35,857 nt of DNA from assembly GCA_052390515.1 (NCBI GenBank), contig JBQTGV010000176.1:1-35857 (forward strand), given 5' to 3'. The stretch comes from Candidatus Eiseniibacteriota bacterium (GTDB lineage: Bacteria; ARS69). Positions 21,418 to 29,992 of the stretch are shown one piece after another. Within the stretch, counting starts at the first letter, position 1. Every line of letters starts with the position of its first letter. The translations under genes were made by a program, and so were the position numbers. Below the pieces are notes generated by a model, which saw only the letters and a program-made list of their open reading frames with translations, had not been told where the DNA came from and did not search any database.

Positions 21418-22916
21418 GCGCCGCAGAAGCGCGCAAGGCCGGCGCGCCGGCCGCGGCGGAAGTCGTCGAGCCCACGATCTTCGAGCTGTCCCGCGCGGGG
21501 CGTCGCGGATTCCGCGTCCCGGAAGAGAAGACCGCGGGAAGCCGGCCGCACGGAATTCCGGAACGGTTCCTGCGCCGAGACGCGGCGGACCTGCCGGAGA
21601 ACGCGGAGCTCGCCGTCATCCGGCACTACACGCGCCTCTCGGTGCTGAACCACCACATCGAGCGGGACATGTATCCGCTGGGTTCCTGCACGATGAAGTA
21701 CAACCCCAAGCTCTCCGAAGCGGCGGCTGACCTGCCCGGCTTCCGCGACCTGCATCCCTCGGCGCCCGAGGAGCTCGTACCCGGAGCCGTCGAGCTTCTC
21801 GTCCGGCTGCAGGAGCTCATCGCGGCGGTGACCGGTATCCACTCGGTGTCGCTGCAACCCGCGGCGGGCGCGCACGGCGAGCTCACCTGCTTGCTCATGG
21901 CCCGGGCGTACTTCCGGGACCGGGGCGAAGCGCGCCACAAGGTCGTCGTCCCGGACAGCGCGCACGGAACGAACCCGGCGAGCTCCACGTTCGCCGGCTT
22001 CACCACCGTGGAGGTCCCGTCGGACGCCCGCGGCGAGGTGGACTTCGAGAAGCTGACCGCCACCGTCGACCGGGACACGGCGGTGGTGATGCTGACGCTG
22101 CCCAACACGCTCGGGCTCTTCGAGTCACGCATCCGGGACATCGCCCGGGTCGTGCACGAGGCCGGCGCGCTCCTGTACATGGACGGCGCGAACTTCAACG
22201 CGATCGTCGGGCAGCTTCGCCCGGGCGACGTGCCCTTCGACTTCTTCCACCTGAACCTGCACAAGACGTTCGCCACCCCGCACGGGGGAGGCGGGCCCGG
22301 TGCGGGTCCGGTGGGCGCGTCGCCGGCGCTCGCTCCGTATCTTCCGGGGCCGCTGCCCTCGCGACGGGCCGACGGCTCCTGCTTCCTGGACCACGAGCGG
22401 CCGCGCTCGATCGGTCGCGTGCACTCCTGGTTCGGGAACTTCGGCATCCTGGTGCGCGCCTACGCCTACATGCTGTACCACGGCTCGGACGGGCTCCGGG
22501 AGATCTCCGAGGGCGCCGTCCTCGGCGCGAACTACCTGCTGTCCCGCCTGCGCGGGGAATACGAGCTGCCCTACCCGCGCCACTGCATGCACGAGTTCGT
22601 GCTGTCCGGCTCGCGGCAGAAGGCGCTCGGCGTGCGCACCATGGACGTGGCCAAGCGCTTGCTCGACTTCGGGTTCCATCCTCCGACGGTGTACTTCCCG
22701 CTGATCGTCGAGGAAGCGTTGATGATCGAACCCACGGAGTCGGAGAGCATCGAGACGCTGGATCGTTTCGCGGAGACGATGCTGCGCATCGCGCGGGAGG
22801 CGCGGGAGAATCCGGAGATCGTGAAGTCGGCTCCGCACGCGACGCCGGTGCGGCGCGTGGACGAGGCGCAGGCCGCCCGCCACCCGGATCTCTGCTGGGG
22901 CGGGCGTTGCGGGTGA
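21414..22916 (+). CDS. gcvPB: Glycine dehydrogenase subunit 2
   Basis: [62 protein letters not shown] 21414 overlaps the gcvPA TGA. Confidence 0.96.
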   Translation: MSAAEARKAGAPAAAEVVEPTIFELSRAGRRGFRVPEEKTAGSRPHGIPERFLRRDAADLPENAELAVIRHYTRLSVLNHHIERDMYPLGSCTMKYNPKLSEAAADLPGFRDLHPSAPEELVPGAVELLVRLQELIAAVTGIHSVSLQPAAGAHGELTCLLMARAYFRDRGEARHKVVVPDSAHGTNPASSTFAGFTTVEVPSDARGEVDFEKLTATVDRDTAVVMLTLPNTLGLFESRIRDIARVVHEAGALLYMDGANFNAIVGQLRPGDVPFDFFHLNLHKTFATPHGGGGPGAGPVGASPALAPYLPGPLPSRRADGSCFLDHERPRSIGRVHSWFGNFGILVRAYAYMLYHGSDGLREISEGAVLGANYLLSRLRGEYELPYPRHCMHEFVLSGSRQKALGVRTMDVAKRLLDFGFHPPTVYFPLIVEEALMIEPTESESIETLDRFAETMLRIAREARENPEIVKSAPHATPVRRVDEAQAARHPDLCWGGRCG

Positions 22917-23341
22917 TGACCTGGCGGGCTTGGCCCGTCCGGAGGAACCCGGCGAAGGGCGTGCTCGCGCTCGGGATCGTGGCCGGCTCGGTGTGGGGCG
23001 TGATCGCGTGGACCGGAGACCCGTGGATGACGGCGCTCGCCGCCGCCGTCCTGGCCGCCTCGGTGGCGCCGTTCTTCGTGCCCACGGAGTACCGCCTGTC
23101 TCCGGAGGGCGTGGAGATTCACCGCCCCTGGCGGACGAAGCGGAGGTCCTGGTCGGACTTCCGGCAGGTGCTGCGCGGGGGGGACCTGCTCGTGCTGACG
23201 CCGTTCGAGCGGCGTACCTGGCTCGAATCCATCCGCGGGGAGACTCTCCTGACCGAAGGCAACCGGGGAGACGTGCTGGAATATGTGGAAGAGATGGTGG
23301 GCGGGAAGGCAGGATCGCGAGGGAGCGGCGAAGCCGGCTGA
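22916..23341 (+). CDS. Hypothetical membrane protein (two TM helices plus small beta-rich, possibly PH-like domain)
   Basis: TGATG overlap with the gcvPB stop; two hydrophobic segments, then PFFVPTEYRLSPEGVEI...RSWSDFR. Confidence 0.7.
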   Translation: MTWRAWPVRRNPAKGVLALGIVAGSVWGVIAWTGDPWMTALAAAVLAASVAPFFVPTEYRLSPEGVEIHRPWRTKRRSWSDFRQVLRGGDLLVLTPFERRTWLESIRGETLLTEGNRGDVLEYVEEMVGGKAGSRGSGEAG

Positions 23342-23678
23342 GGCGGAGCCCTCGGTCGCGCGGAAGGGGAGGGAACCGCGCAGCGCCGAGGACGACGCGC
23401 TGCTGGACCGCATCGCCTCCGCCGTGGTCCGCTTCGGCATGAGCGTCCCGGCCGTCTTCCTGCTGGAGTCGTCGAAGCCGCTGAATTTCGTGGGGAGTCA
23501 GTTCTTGCATTTCCTGTCCCCGATCGTGGGCATGGTGCTGCGGGCGGACGAGCTGGACCGCTTCGCCCTCCTGCTGGAGCGCCGGGACACGGCGGAGGAG
23601 ATGATCCGGCGAATCGAGGCCGCGGAGGCCGTGCGCGCATCCCAGGGATCCGCCGGCGCCGCACGGAAGAAGAGGTGA
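23283..23678 (+). CDS. Small helical hypothetical protein (start uncertain)
   Basis: Protein-like core LLDRIASAVVRFGMSVPAVFLLESSKPLNFVGSQFLHFLSP...FALLLERRD..EEMIRRIE; stop is 2 nt before the next ATG. Confidence 0.75.
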   Translation: MWKRWWAGRQDREGAAKPAEAEPSVARKGREPRSAEDDALLDRIASAVVRFGMSVPAVFLLESSKPLNFVGSQFLHFLSPIVGMVLRADELDRFALLLERRDTAEEMIRRIEAAEAVRASQGSAGAARKKR

Positions 23679-23680
23679 CG

Positions 23681-25522
23681 ATGTCCGAGATGCCGAAGCT
23701 CGACCCTTCCCGGATCCGCACCATCCTGGCTACGGATTGCGGGAGCACGACCACGAAGGCGATCCTCATCGAGTTCCGCGACGGGGAGTATCGCCTCATC
23801 GTCCGCGGCGAGGCCCCCACCACCGTCGAGGCACCCTTCGAGGACGTGACCAAAGGGGTGCTCAACGCGATCGAGGAAGTGGAGGAGCTCGCCGGCCGGA
23901 AGTTCCTGGACGGGGACCGCATCGTCACTCCCCGCTCCGGCGACGTCGGTGCGGATCTCTACGTGTCCACGTCGAGCGCGGGCGGCGGGTTGCAGATGGT
24001 GGTGGCGGGAGTGGTCAAGACGATGACCGCGGAGAGCGCGGAGCGCGCTGCGCTCGGTGCCGGGGCCATCGTCATGGACGCACTCGCTTCCAACGACGGG
24101 CGAAGGCCGTACGAGCAGATCCGGCGCATTCGCCATCTGCGTCCCGACATGATCCTGCTCTCCGGGGGAATCGACGGGGGCGCGGTGGACCACGTCGTGA
24201 AGCTGGCGGAGCTGATCGCCGCGGCCGATCCGCGCCCGCGGCTGGGCAGCGGCTACCAGCTTCCGGTGATCTACGCCGGCAACAACATGGCCGCGGAGCA
24301 GGTGAATCACACCCTCGGGGCCAAGACGGACCTCTCCGTGGTGGACAACCTCCGGCCGGTGATGGAGCGCGAGAACCTCGGCCCGGCGCGCGACGCCATC
24401 CACGACCTGTTCATGGAGCACGTGATGGCGCAGGCACCGGGCTACAAGAAGCTCATGGGCTGGGTGGGCGTGCCCATCATGCCGACGCCGGGTGCCGTGG
24501 GGAACATCATCCAGACCATCGCCAAGCAGCACCGCCTGAGCGTGATCGGCGTGGACATCGGCGGCGCGACGACGGACGTGTTCTCCGTGTTCGGAGAGAC
24601 GTTCAACCGCACGGTCTCGGCCAACCTGGGGATGAGCTACTCCATTTCCAACGTGCTGGCGGAGGCGGGCGTGCGCAACGTGATGCGCTGGGTTCCGTTC
24701 TCCATGGACGAGAAGGACCTGCGCAATCGCATCCGCAACAAGATGATCCGCCCGACCACGATTCCGCACACGCTCGAAGAGCTCATGGTGGAGCAGGCCC
24801 TGGCCCGCGAGGCGCTGCGGCTCGCCTTCGAGCAGCACAAGCAGATGGCAGTGGGCCTGCGCGGCGTGCAGCGGGAGCGCACCGTCTCGGACACGTTCGA
24901 GCAGACCGGTTCCGACCAGACCATCGTGGACATGATGACGCTGGACCTGTTGATCGGGTCCGGAGGCGTCCTCTCGCACGCTCCGCGGCGGAACCAGGCG
25001 GCGATGATGCTGATCGACGCGTTCCTCCCGGAAGGAGTCACGCGTCTGGCGGTCGATTCCATCTTCATGATGCCGCAGCTCGGGGTGCTGGCCGAGGTAC
25101 ACCCGGCGGCGGCCACGGAGGTCTTCGAGAAGGACTGCCTGGTCTGGCTCGGCACCTGCGTCGCTCCGCGCGGAGCGGTGAGGCCCGGCCGGCCGATCCT
25201 GGAGGTGGAGTTCACCCGCGCGGGAGGGTCGCCGGAGAAGCACGAAGTCACCTTCGGCGAAGTGACGCTGCTCCCGCTCGGCCTGGGCGAGACGGTGAAG
25301 GCGAAGCTCACGCCCGCGAAGGGGACCGACATGGGTTGGGGGCCGGGCAAGACGGTGGAGAAGGAGCTGCACGGCGGCGTCGTCGGGCTGGTCCTGGATG
25401 GCCGCGGCCGACCCATCGCGCTCGATCCCGCGGATCCCGAGCGGGTCGGGAAGATCCGCCGCTGGACGGAGGCGCTCGCCGCGTATCCCGACTCCAAGTC
25501 CGAGCCGGTCGCGGTCGGCTAA
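23681..25522 (+). CDS. Glutamate mutase L (GlmL/MutL)-like ASKHA-fold ATPase
   Basis: TDCGSTTTK (phosphate 1), SSAGGGL, LLSGGIDGG, IMPTPGAV, VDIGGATTDVFS (phosphate 2), IGSGGVLSHAP; start ATG 23681 or GTG 23675. Confidence 0.8.
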   Translation: MSEMPKLDPSRIRTILATDCGSTTTKAILIEFRDGEYRLIVRGEAPTTVEAPFEDVTKGVLNAIEEVEELAGRKFLDGDRIVTPRSGDVGADLYVSTSSAGGGLQMVVAGVVKTMTAESAERAALGAGAIVMDALASNDGRRPYEQIRRIRHLRPDMILLSGGIDGGAVDHVVKLAELIAAADPRPRLGSGYQLPVIYAGNNMAAEQVNHTLGAKTDLSVVDNLRPVMERENLGPARDAIHDLFMEHVMAQAPGYKKLMGWVGVPIMPTPGAVGNIIQTIAKQHRLSVIGVDIGGATTDVFSVFGETFNRTVSANLGMSYSISNVLAEAGVRNVMRWVPFSMDEKDLRNRIRNKMIRPTTIPHTLEELMVEQALAREALRLAFEQHKQMAVGLRGVQRERTVSDTFEQTGSDQTIVDMMTLDLLIGSGGVLSHAPRRNQAAMMLIDAFLPEGVTRLAVDSIFMMPQLGVLAEVHPAAATEVFEKDCLVWLGTCVAPRGAVRPGRPILEVEFTRAGGSPEKHEVTFGEVTLLPLGLGETVKAKLTPAKGTDMGWGPGKTVEKELHGGVVGLVLDGRGRPIALDPADPERVGKIRRWTEALAAYPDSKSEPVAVG

Positions 25523-25538
25523 GCGTAAAGGAGAGCGA

Positions 25539-26669
25539 ATGGCACACTCGTACACTCCCGGACTTCGCGTCACCGCCCTCGCCGCGCTGCGCAAGGAGCG
25601 CATCCTGCCGCTGCAAGGGGAGGTGGTCGTCCGCGTGGGCGACCGGGTCACCGCCGAGCAGGTCGTCGCGCGCACGGAACTGCCCGGCAACGTGCACAGC
25701 GTGAACGTGGCCAACGTCCTCTCCGTCCTTCCGGAGGAGGTTCCCTCCAAGATGGTCAAGAAGCCGGGCGAGAAAGTCGGGAAGGACGACGTCATCGCCA
25801 GGAACTCGACGTTGTTCGGACTCTTCAAGTCGGCGGTCAAGTCGCCGGTGACGGGCTCGGTCGAGAGCGTCTCCGAAGTGACCGGTCAGGTGCTGCTGCG
25901 CGAACCGCCCATCCCGGTGCAGGTCGACGCGTACGTGGACGGCGTGGTCGTCGAGGTGCGTGAGCGTGAAGGAGTCGTCGTCGAGACCCACGGGACGTTC
26001 GTGCAGGGCATTTTCGGCATCGGCGGCGAGGCGTTCGGCACGATCCACGTCGTGGCCTCGTCGCCCGAGGAGGTGCTCGACGCCTCCTCCATCGAGAAGG
26101 GGCACGAGGGGAAGGTCCTGGTGGGCGGATCCATCGTCACCTCCGCCGCGCTGGCCAAGGCCGTGACCAACGGAGTCCGGGGCATCGTCGTGGGCGGCAT
26201 CGACGACGCGACGATCAAGGACTTCCTGGGCTACGATATCGGCGTGGCCATCACCGGCACCGAGGAGAAGGGAGTCACCGTGGTCGTCACCGAGGGGTTC
26301 GGCAAGATCCCGATGGCGGCGGCCACGTTCGAGCTGCTGAAGCGTCGCGAAGGCATGAAGGCGAGCATCAACGGCGCGACGCAGATCCGGGCCGGCGTGA
26401 TCCGGCCGGAGGTCGTCGTCCCGCTCGCCGGCGAACGGGCGGCGGGAGGTCCGGCGGCGGCGGTCGTCGCCGGTGGGCTCGCGCCGGGGACCCGCGTCCG
26501 CGTCATCCGCGAGCCGCACTTCGGGGCGCTCGGCACCGTCGTCGGGCTGCCCGCTCCTCTGGCCACGCTCCCCTCCGAGGCCATGGTGCGCATCCTCGAG
26601 GTCGAACTCGCGGAGAGCCGTGTCCGCCACACGCTGCCGCGCGCCAACGTCGAGATCATCGAAGAGTGA
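25539..26669 (+). CDS. Hypothetical soluble protein with barrel-sandwich-hybrid motifs and C-terminal KOW-like motif
   Basis: AAGGAG RBS, ATG 25539; VRVGDRV..EQVVA, KKPGEKV...DVIA...KSPVTGSV; C-terminal GTRVRVIREPHFGALGTV. Confidence 0.8.
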   Translation: MAHSYTPGLRVTALAALRKERILPLQGEVVVRVGDRVTAEQVVARTELPGNVHSVNVANVLSVLPEEVPSKMVKKPGEKVGKDDVIARNSTLFGLFKSAVKSPVTGSVESVSEVTGQVLLREPPIPVQVDAYVDGVVVEVREREGVVVETHGTFVQGIFGIGGEAFGTIHVVASSPEEVLDASSIEKGHEGKVLVGGSIVTSAALAKAVTNGVRGIVVGGIDDATIKDFLGYDIGVAITGTEEKGVTVVVTEGFGKIPMAAATFELLKRREGMKASINGATQIRAGVIRPEVVVPLAGERAAGGPAAAVVAGGLAPGTRVRVIREPHFGALGTVVGLPAPLATLPSEAMVRILEVELAESRVRHTLPRANVEIIEE

Positions 26670-27817
26670 AGAGGCTCTTCCTCCTCGGCGCGGTGGCTGC
26701 CGGACTCGCCGTCGCCGCACCCGCCAAGGCGGCGGGAGGTCCGACCGAGGCGCGTGCCTTCGACACGCCGAACGACGGCGGCGGTTCGATCAGCGTCACC
26801 TGGGCAGCGCCGGCCGGCGCCGGACCCGAAGGCGTTGCGGTGGTGGAGCGCGTCGGCTCGGACGGCACGCCGGTCGAGGTGGGGCGCGTCCCGCTCGCGA
26901 CCGGCTTCCTGGAGGACAACGGCGCCGGAAGCCAGGCCGGAGGGCCCGCGGACGGAACTCCGTACACGTACCGGATCGCAGCGCTGGACGCCGCCGGCGC
27001 GCCGCTCGGGGCGGTGACCGCGGGGCCGGCCTCCGCGTCCGCGCAGCTCTTCCACCGCGGCCGGGTCAACGTCCTGCTCCTCCTGCTGACGCTCGTCGCC
27101 TTCGTGCTGATCAACGCTTGGCGGGCGCGGCAGGGGACCACTTTCTTCATCCGGCGGCTCGCGCCGGTCGACGCGACGGACGAGGCCATCGGCCGGGCGA
27201 CGGAGATGGGGAGGTCCGTGCTGTACGTCCCCGGCATCGAGGAAGTGGAGGACATCCAGACCATCGCTTCGATGATGATCCTGGAGCGCGTGGCGGAGAA
27301 GACCGCGATGTACGAAGTGCCGCTGCGGGTGCCCACGCGCACGCCGTTCGTCATGGCGGTGGCCGACGAGGTGGTGCGCACCGGTTGCGTCGCCGCCGGC
27401 CGCCCCGACGCCTATCGGGCGGAGAACATCAAGTTCATCTCGTCGGAGCAGTTCGCCTACTGCGCGGGCGTGAACGGACTCATCCTGCGCGAGCGCCCCG
27501 CGGCGAATCTCTACATGGGCCGGTTCTTCGCCGAGTCTCTCATCTTCGCCGAGACGGGATTCGCAGCGGGGTCCATCCAGATCGCCGGCACCGCCGAGGT
27601 CACGCAGCTGCCCTTCTTCATCGCGGCCTGCGACTACACGCTGATCGGGGAGGAGTTCTTCGCGGCAGGGGCATATCTCTCCAAGAATCAGACCCTGCTC
27701 TCCACGCTCAAGGCGGCAGATTGGGCGAAGGTGTTCCTCATCAGCCTGCTCCTGACCGGCGCGGTGCTCGCATCGTTGGGGATGCCCGAGTTCCGCGAAT
27801 GGTTCGTGGTCCGATGA
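26666..27817 (+). CDS. Membrane protein: signal peptide, Fn3-like domain, TM, alpha/beta domain (DUF6754-like, from memory), TM
   Basis: GTGA overlap; signal ending AKA; AFDTPNDGGGSISVTW...YTYRIAA (Fn3 pattern); IRRLAP..DEAIGRATEMGR, G.FFAESLIFAE, PFFIAACDYTLIGEE. Confidence 0.8.
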   Translation: MKRLFLLGAVAAGLAVAAPAKAAGGPTEARAFDTPNDGGGSISVTWAAPAGAGPEGVAVVERVGSDGTPVEVGRVPLATGFLEDNGAGSQAGGPADGTPYTYRIAALDAAGAPLGAVTAGPASASAQLFHRGRVNVLLLLLTLVAFVLINAWRARQGTTFFIRRLAPVDATDEAIGRATEMGRSVLYVPGIEEVEDIQTIASMMILERVAEKTAMYEVPLRVPTRTPFVMAVADEVVRTGCVAAGRPDAYRAENIKFISSEQFAYCAGVNGLILRERPAANLYMGRFFAESLIFAETGFAAGSIQIAGTAEVTQLPFFIAACDYTLIGEEFFAAGAYLSKNQTLLSTLKAADWAKVFLISLLLTGAVLASLGMPEFREWFVVR

Positions 27818-27827
27818 CGGAGACACG

Positions 27828-28478
27828 ATGAAGCAATTCGTCCCGCTGCTGCTGACGTTCCTCGCCGGCCTCATCATGATGGCGGACTTCTTCGTGCCCC
27901 ATCCGACGTACGGGCAGGTGGCCGGCGAGCTTCGCCAGTGGGGTCTCATCGTGGTGGCGTTCACCTACGTGCTGGGAATCTCCAACGTGGCGCAGATCCA
28001 CGGCCGGCGGATCGGTCGCCGGGATCGGGACTGGCCGTACAGCATCGTGCTGGTCACCAGCATGGCCGGCATGGCGCTGCTGGGTATCCTGCACAGCCAC
28101 GACGATCCGGGTTCCCCGTTCATCTGGCTGTTCAACAACGTCTACGATCCGCTGTCCTCCACGATGTTCGCCCTGCTGGCCTTCTTCATCACCTCGGCGG
28201 CGTACCGCGCCTTCCGGGCGCGCAGCTTCGAAGCGGCGCTGCTGCTCGGCGCGGCCATACTGGTGATGCTCGGGCAGGTACCGATCGGCGGGGCCATCTG
28301 GGGTCCGGACTCCGCACTCGGCGGGTTCTCGGGGGTGAAGGACTGGATCATGTCGGTGCCGAACATGGCGGCGAAGCGGGCCATCCTGATGGGGGCGGCG
28401 CTCGGAGCCATCTCCACCGGGATCCGCGTCATCCTGGGGATGGAGCGCGCGCATCTCGGCGGGGGAGGCGGATCGTGA
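27828..28478 (+). CDS. Polytopic membrane protein, unknown function
   Basis: GGAG RBS; about 6 hydrophobic segments; STMFALLAFFITSAAYRAFR, WIMSVPNMAAKRAI. Confidence 0.85.
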   Translation: MKQFVPLLLTFLAGLIMMADFFVPHPTYGQVAGELRQWGLIVVAFTYVLGISNVAQIHGRRIGRRDRDWPYSIVLVTSMAGMALLGILHSHDDPGSPFIWLFNNVYDPLSSTMFALLAFFITSAAYRAFRARSFEAALLLGAAILVMLGQVPIGGAIWGPDSALGGFSGVKDWIMSVPNMAAKRAILMGAALGAISTGIRVILGMERAHLGGGGGS

Positions 28479-29311
28479 GCGGCAGCTGGCGCCAGCGGCT
28501 GGAGTTCGTCGATCGCCGCTACCTCTTCCTGATGATGGCCGCGGCGATCACGATCCCGCTGCTCCGACCGGTGCCCCTGCCGATCGACGTCACGCCCATG
28601 GTGCAGGATCTCTACGACGCCATCGAGGCGCTGCCGCCCCGGTCCGTCGTGCTGGTGTCGGTCGACTACGACCCTACGGGTAAGCCCGAGCTCGAGCCGT
28701 TCCACATCGCGCTCTTCCACCATCTGGCCGGCCGGCAGATTCGCATGGTGATCGTGAGCCTGTGGGCGGCCGCGCCTCCGCTGACCGAGCGGGCCATCCG
28801 CGAGGTGGGACTGGAGACGACCTACGGGATGAAGGATGGCGTGGACTTCGTGCACCTCGGCTTCAAGGAGGGCCGGCAGATCGTCATGGAGTCGATGGGG
28901 AGGTCGCTCTCCGAGACGTTCCCGTTCGACCGCAACCGGGTGCCGACATCGGAGATCCCGCTGCTGAAGGAAGTCGACACGTACACCGACTTCGCCATGC
29001 TCATCAACATTTCCGCCGGCAGCCCCGGCGTAAAAGAGTACGTGCAGGTCGTGCAGAGCCAGTACCGCGTGCCCATGATCGGCGCGTGCACCGCGGTGAG
29101 CGGGCCGGACTACGTGCCCTACTACGACGCGGGGCAGCTCCTGGGGCTCGCCGCGGGGATGAAGGGGAGCGCGGAGTACGAGCTGCTGGTGAAGCGTCCG
29201 GGGATGGCGGTAGGCGGGATGGTCGCGCAGAGCGCCAGTCACGCGCTGCTCATCCTGTTCATCGTGTTCGGCAACGTGATGTTCTTCCTGGGGCGAAGGA
29301 GGCGCGGCTAG
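28475..29311 (+). CDS. Membrane-anchored protein (TM, alpha/beta domain, TM), unknown function
   Basis: GGAGG then GTG 28475 overlapping the upstream TGA; TM YLFLMMAAAITIPLL; DYDP..KPEL.P, DFVHLGFK.G, PYYDAGQL.GL..GMKGSAEYE; C-terminal TM ending RRRR. Confidence 0.85.
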   Translation: MSGSWRQRLEFVDRRYLFLMMAAAITIPLLRPVPLPIDVTPMVQDLYDAIEALPPRSVVLVSVDYDPTGKPELEPFHIALFHHLAGRQIRMVIVSLWAAAPPLTERAIREVGLETTYGMKDGVDFVHLGFKEGRQIVMESMGRSLSETFPFDRNRVPTSEIPLLKEVDTYTDFAMLINISAGSPGVKEYVQVVQSQYRVPMIGACTAVSGPDYVPYYDAGQLLGLAAGMKGSAEYELLVKRPGMAVGGMVAQSASHALLILFIVFGNVMFFLGRRRRG

Positions 29312-29992
29312 ATGGAAGCCTTCGCGACCTGGCTGTCGATCGCGCTGACGCTGTTCATCCTGAGCTTCCTGTATCGGGACAATCCCCTGTACAAGCTGGC
29401 CGAGCACGTCTTCGTGGGGATCAGCGCCGGCTACTACATCGCCCTGGCCTGGCAGGAGACGATCCGGCCGAACCTCGTCGACCAGCTGGCGGCGGGGAAC
29501 GGGTGGCGCCTGGCCGCTCTGCTGCTCTCCCTCCTGATGTTCACGCGCTTCTCCAGCAAGATGGCCTGGCTGTCGCGGTGGCCGCTCGCGTTCGTCGTCG
29601 GCATGTACGCGGGGATCAACGTCGGCGCGTACGGGCGCGGGGACCTGGTCATCCAGCTGGAGGCCACCATGCTGGACTTCCTGCACGGCGGCTGGCAGGG
29701 GGTGAGCAACTTCCTGCTGGTTACCGGTCTCGCCGCGAGCCTGCTGTACTTCTACTTCTCCCGCGAGCACACCGGCGTGCTGAAGGGCGTGTCCCGCGTC
29801 GGCATAGCATTCCTGATGATCTCCTTCGGCGCGAGCTTCGGGTACACGGTGATGTCGCGCATCTCGCTGGCCATCGGGCGGACGAGGTTCCTGATCGAGG
29901 ACGCCGTCGTGTCCGTCGTGCTGATCGCCGCCGTCACCGTCATCCTGTTCGGCTGGAGCCGCCGGAACGCCCGAGCGAGCGGCGAGGGATGA
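29312..29992 (+). CDS. Polytopic membrane protein, unknown function
   Basis: ATG directly abuts the upstream TAG; about 7 hydrophobic segments; SFLYRDNPLYKLAEH, MISFGASFGYTVMSR. Confidence 0.85.
   Translation: MEAFATWLSIALTLFILSFLYRDNPLYKLAEHVFVGISAGYYIALAWQETIRPNLVDQLAAGNGWRLAALLLSLLMFTRFSSKMAWLSRWPLAFVVGMYAGINVGAYGRGDLVIQLEATMLDFLHGGWQGVSNFLLVTGLAASLLYFYFSREHTGVLKGVSRVGIAFLMISFGASFGYTVMSRISLAIGRTRFLIEDAVVSVVLIAAVTVILFGWSRRNARASGEG

Noticed and set aside
23681-25522. DNA mismatch-repair MutL, or a complete glutamate mutase
   Set aside because: Motifs are ASKHA, not GHKL; no mutase S/E subunit or B12-binding motif in the window.
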